Part shown: positions 61,620 to 64,000 of the stretch, piece after piece
How positions within the stretch are numbered: position 1 is the stretch's first letter
Layout of the letters: each line of letters starts with the position of its first letter
From: Hypanus sabinus
Taxonomy: Eukaryota
Length of the DNA: 64,000 nt
NCBI RefSeq assembly: GCF_030144855.1
Contig: NC_082712.1
Coordinates: 9,672,001 to 9,736,000 of the forward strand
Direction: 5' to 3'
The notes under the pieces: model-generated
What the model saw: the letters and a program-made list of their open reading frames with translations, nothing else
What the model was told of the DNA's origin: nothing
The model's database searches: none
Program-made: the position numbers and the translations under genes

Positions 61620-63670
61620 ACTGTGGTGAAGAAGGAACCCCAGGGGTTCAATGTAAATTCCATTTAATGTGTTGCTTTTCAGTGGAATAAAGGAAGTTAC
61701 AATTGCATGAGAGAGGATCTGGCCGAAGTCGATTGGAAAGGGACATTTGCATGCAAGACCACAGAGCATCAATAGCTGGAGTTTCTGCGAAAAGTGAGGG
61801 AAGTGCAAGACAGATATATTCCAAATAAGAAGAAATTTTCAAATGGAAGAAGGACACTACCGTGGCTGACAAGTGAAGTCAGAGCCAAAGTAAAAGCAAA
61901 AGAGAGGGCATGCAAGGACGGCAGAGCTCGTGGGTAGACAGAGGATTGGAGAGCTTTTAAAGAATTGCAGAAGTAAACTAAGAAGGTCATTTGTAAGGAA
62001 AAGATGAATTATTAGAGGAAGCTGGCGACTAATATCAAAGAAGATACTAAAAGCTTTTTAAGCATATAAAGGGTAAAAGAGAGTCGAGGGTTGATAAAGA
62101 ACCAATACAAAATGACTCTGGAGATATCCTAATGAGAGATACAGTAATGGCAGAGGAACTGAATGTGTATTTTGCATCAGTCTTCCCAGTAGAAGACAGC
62201 TGCAGTATACCAGACATTCAAGAGTGTCAGGGAAGTGAAGTTTGTGCAGTGAACATTACGACTGAGAAGTTGCTCAGGAAACTTAATGGTCTGAGGATGG
62301 ATAAATCTCTTGGACCTGATGGAATGCACCCTTGGGTTCTGAAGGAAGTAGCTGGAGAGATTGCAGAGTCATTAAAGATGATCTTTCAAGAATTGATAGA
62401 TTCTGGCATTGTACCAGATGACTGGAAGACTGCAAGTGTTACTCCGCTATTTAAGAAGGTTGGGAGGCAGCAGATGTCACTGTTAGCCTGACATCAGTGG
62501 TTGTGAAGTTGTTGGAATCAATTGTTAGGGATGAGATTATGGAATACCTGGAGGCACCTGACAATATAGGCCAAAGCCAGCATGGTTTCTTGAAAGGAAA
62601 ATCCTGGCTGACAAACCTATTACAATTCTTTGAGGAAATTACAAGCAGGGTAGACAAAGGAGATGTAGTAGATGTGGTGTACTTGGATTTTCAGAAGGCC
62701 TTTGACAAGGTGCCACACGTGAGGCTACTTAGCAAGGTAAGAGCCCATGGAAATAGATTTGTGGCTAAATTTGCTGATGATACAAAGATAGGTGGATGAT
62801 CAGGTAGTATTGAGGATTCAGAGAGCCTGCAGAGAGACTTAGATAATTTAGGGGAATGGTGAAGAAGTGGCTAATGAAATACAATGTTGGAAAATGTATG
62901 GTCATGCACTTTGGTGGAAGAAATAAGTGGGCAGACTATTCTTTCGATGGGGAGAGAATTCAAAATGCAGAGATGCAAAGAGACTGGGGAGTTCTTGTGC
63001 AGGATACCTTAAAAGTTAACCTCCAGATTGAGTCACTTGTGAAGAAGGCAATGTTGGCATTCATTTCTAGAATATAAGAACAGGGATGTGATGTTGAGTG
63101 TCCATAAGGCACTCATGAGACCACACTTGGAGTATTGTGTGCAGTTTTGGGCTCCTTTTTTTAGAAAGGATAAACTGACATTAGAGAGGGTTCAGAGAAG
63201 ATTCACGAGAATGATTCGAGGACTGAAAGGGTTACTGTATGAGGAATGTCTGGCAGTTCTTGGGCTGTATTCCCTGGAGTTTAGAGAATGAAGGGGGGGG
63301 GGGTGTCTCATAGGAACATTCCAAATGTTAAAAGGCATGAACAGATTAGATATGGCAAAGTTATTTCCCGTGGTAAGGGATTCTAGGACAAGAGGGCATG
63401 ACTTCAAGTTTGAAGGATGTCCTTTTAGAACTGAGATGTGGAGAAATTACTTTAGTCAGAGGGTGGTAAATCTATGGAATTTGTTGTGAAGGTCAAGTCA
63501 TTGGGTGTATTTAAGGCAGACATAGACAGGTTCTTGATTATCCAGGCCATCAAAGGGTATGGGAGAAGACGGGGGAGTGGGGATGACTGGAAGAATTGGA
63601 TCAGCTCATGATTGTGTGACGGAACAGACTCAAGGGGCCAAATGGCCTACTTCTGCTCTTATATCTTATG
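61620..63670 (+). mobile_element. CR1 ORF2 long fragment, same subfamily as 51150..53530
   Basis: KSLGPDGMHPWVLKEVAGEIAESL, QHGFLKGKSWLTNLL, RPHLEYCVQFWAP. Confidence 0.9.
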
Positions 63671-64000
63671 ATCCATTGGTCTTATAATTATGCTCTGAAC
63701 ATTGGCGCTACACTTTAGTTGTTTGTCCATCTTTGCTTGTGTGTAGTTTTTCATTGATTCTATTGCATATCTTTGTATCGACTGAACCCCTGTGAATGCC
63801 TGCAAGAAAATTAACTCAGGATAGTACGTGGTGACATATTCAGTACTGTGCAGAAGTCTTATGCAAATATATATATATATATAGCTAGAGTGCCACAGAC
63901 TTCTTTGAGGTTCATAATTCACTACTCTGTGGGAGAAATCTCTTACTGAATTGTGAGCTGCCTCAGTGACTATCGATGGGTAACACTCTCATCTACAGTG

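Noticed and set aside
1-64000. CRISPR arrays, rRNA, tRNA genes or prokaryotic operons
   Set aside because: None seen; tRNA-like boxes occur only as SINE heads

Overview
Eukaryotic genomic DNA, most likely from a cartilaginous fish such as a ray (inferred from the CR1, Penelope-like and V-SINE-like repeat families). Most of the window is transposon debris: CR1, L1 and Rex1/Babar LINEs, Penelope-like elements, two Gypsy elements, a solo LTR, and Tc1, mariner and hAT remnants. There are two N gaps. One multi-exon gene lies among the repeats on the minus strand (about 58.7 kb down to 23.4 kb), assembled here by hand from GT-AG sites and exon phases. It has a leader, three Ig V-set exons, one C2-set+TM exon and five to seven small cytoplasmic exons. 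The ectodomains resemble Siglec-15. However, all three V domains lack the sialic-acid-binding Arg, the TM lacks the DAP12-binding Lys, and the tail carries four YxxV motifs, one of them a canonical ITIM. It reads as an inhibitory-type, multi-V Siglec-15 relative. A solo LTR splits the third V exon and supplies an in-frame replacement splice acceptor. The candidate leader exon is 1 nt out of phase, so pseudogene status or an assembly error cannot be excluded. All homology calls come from motif recognition; no searches were run.
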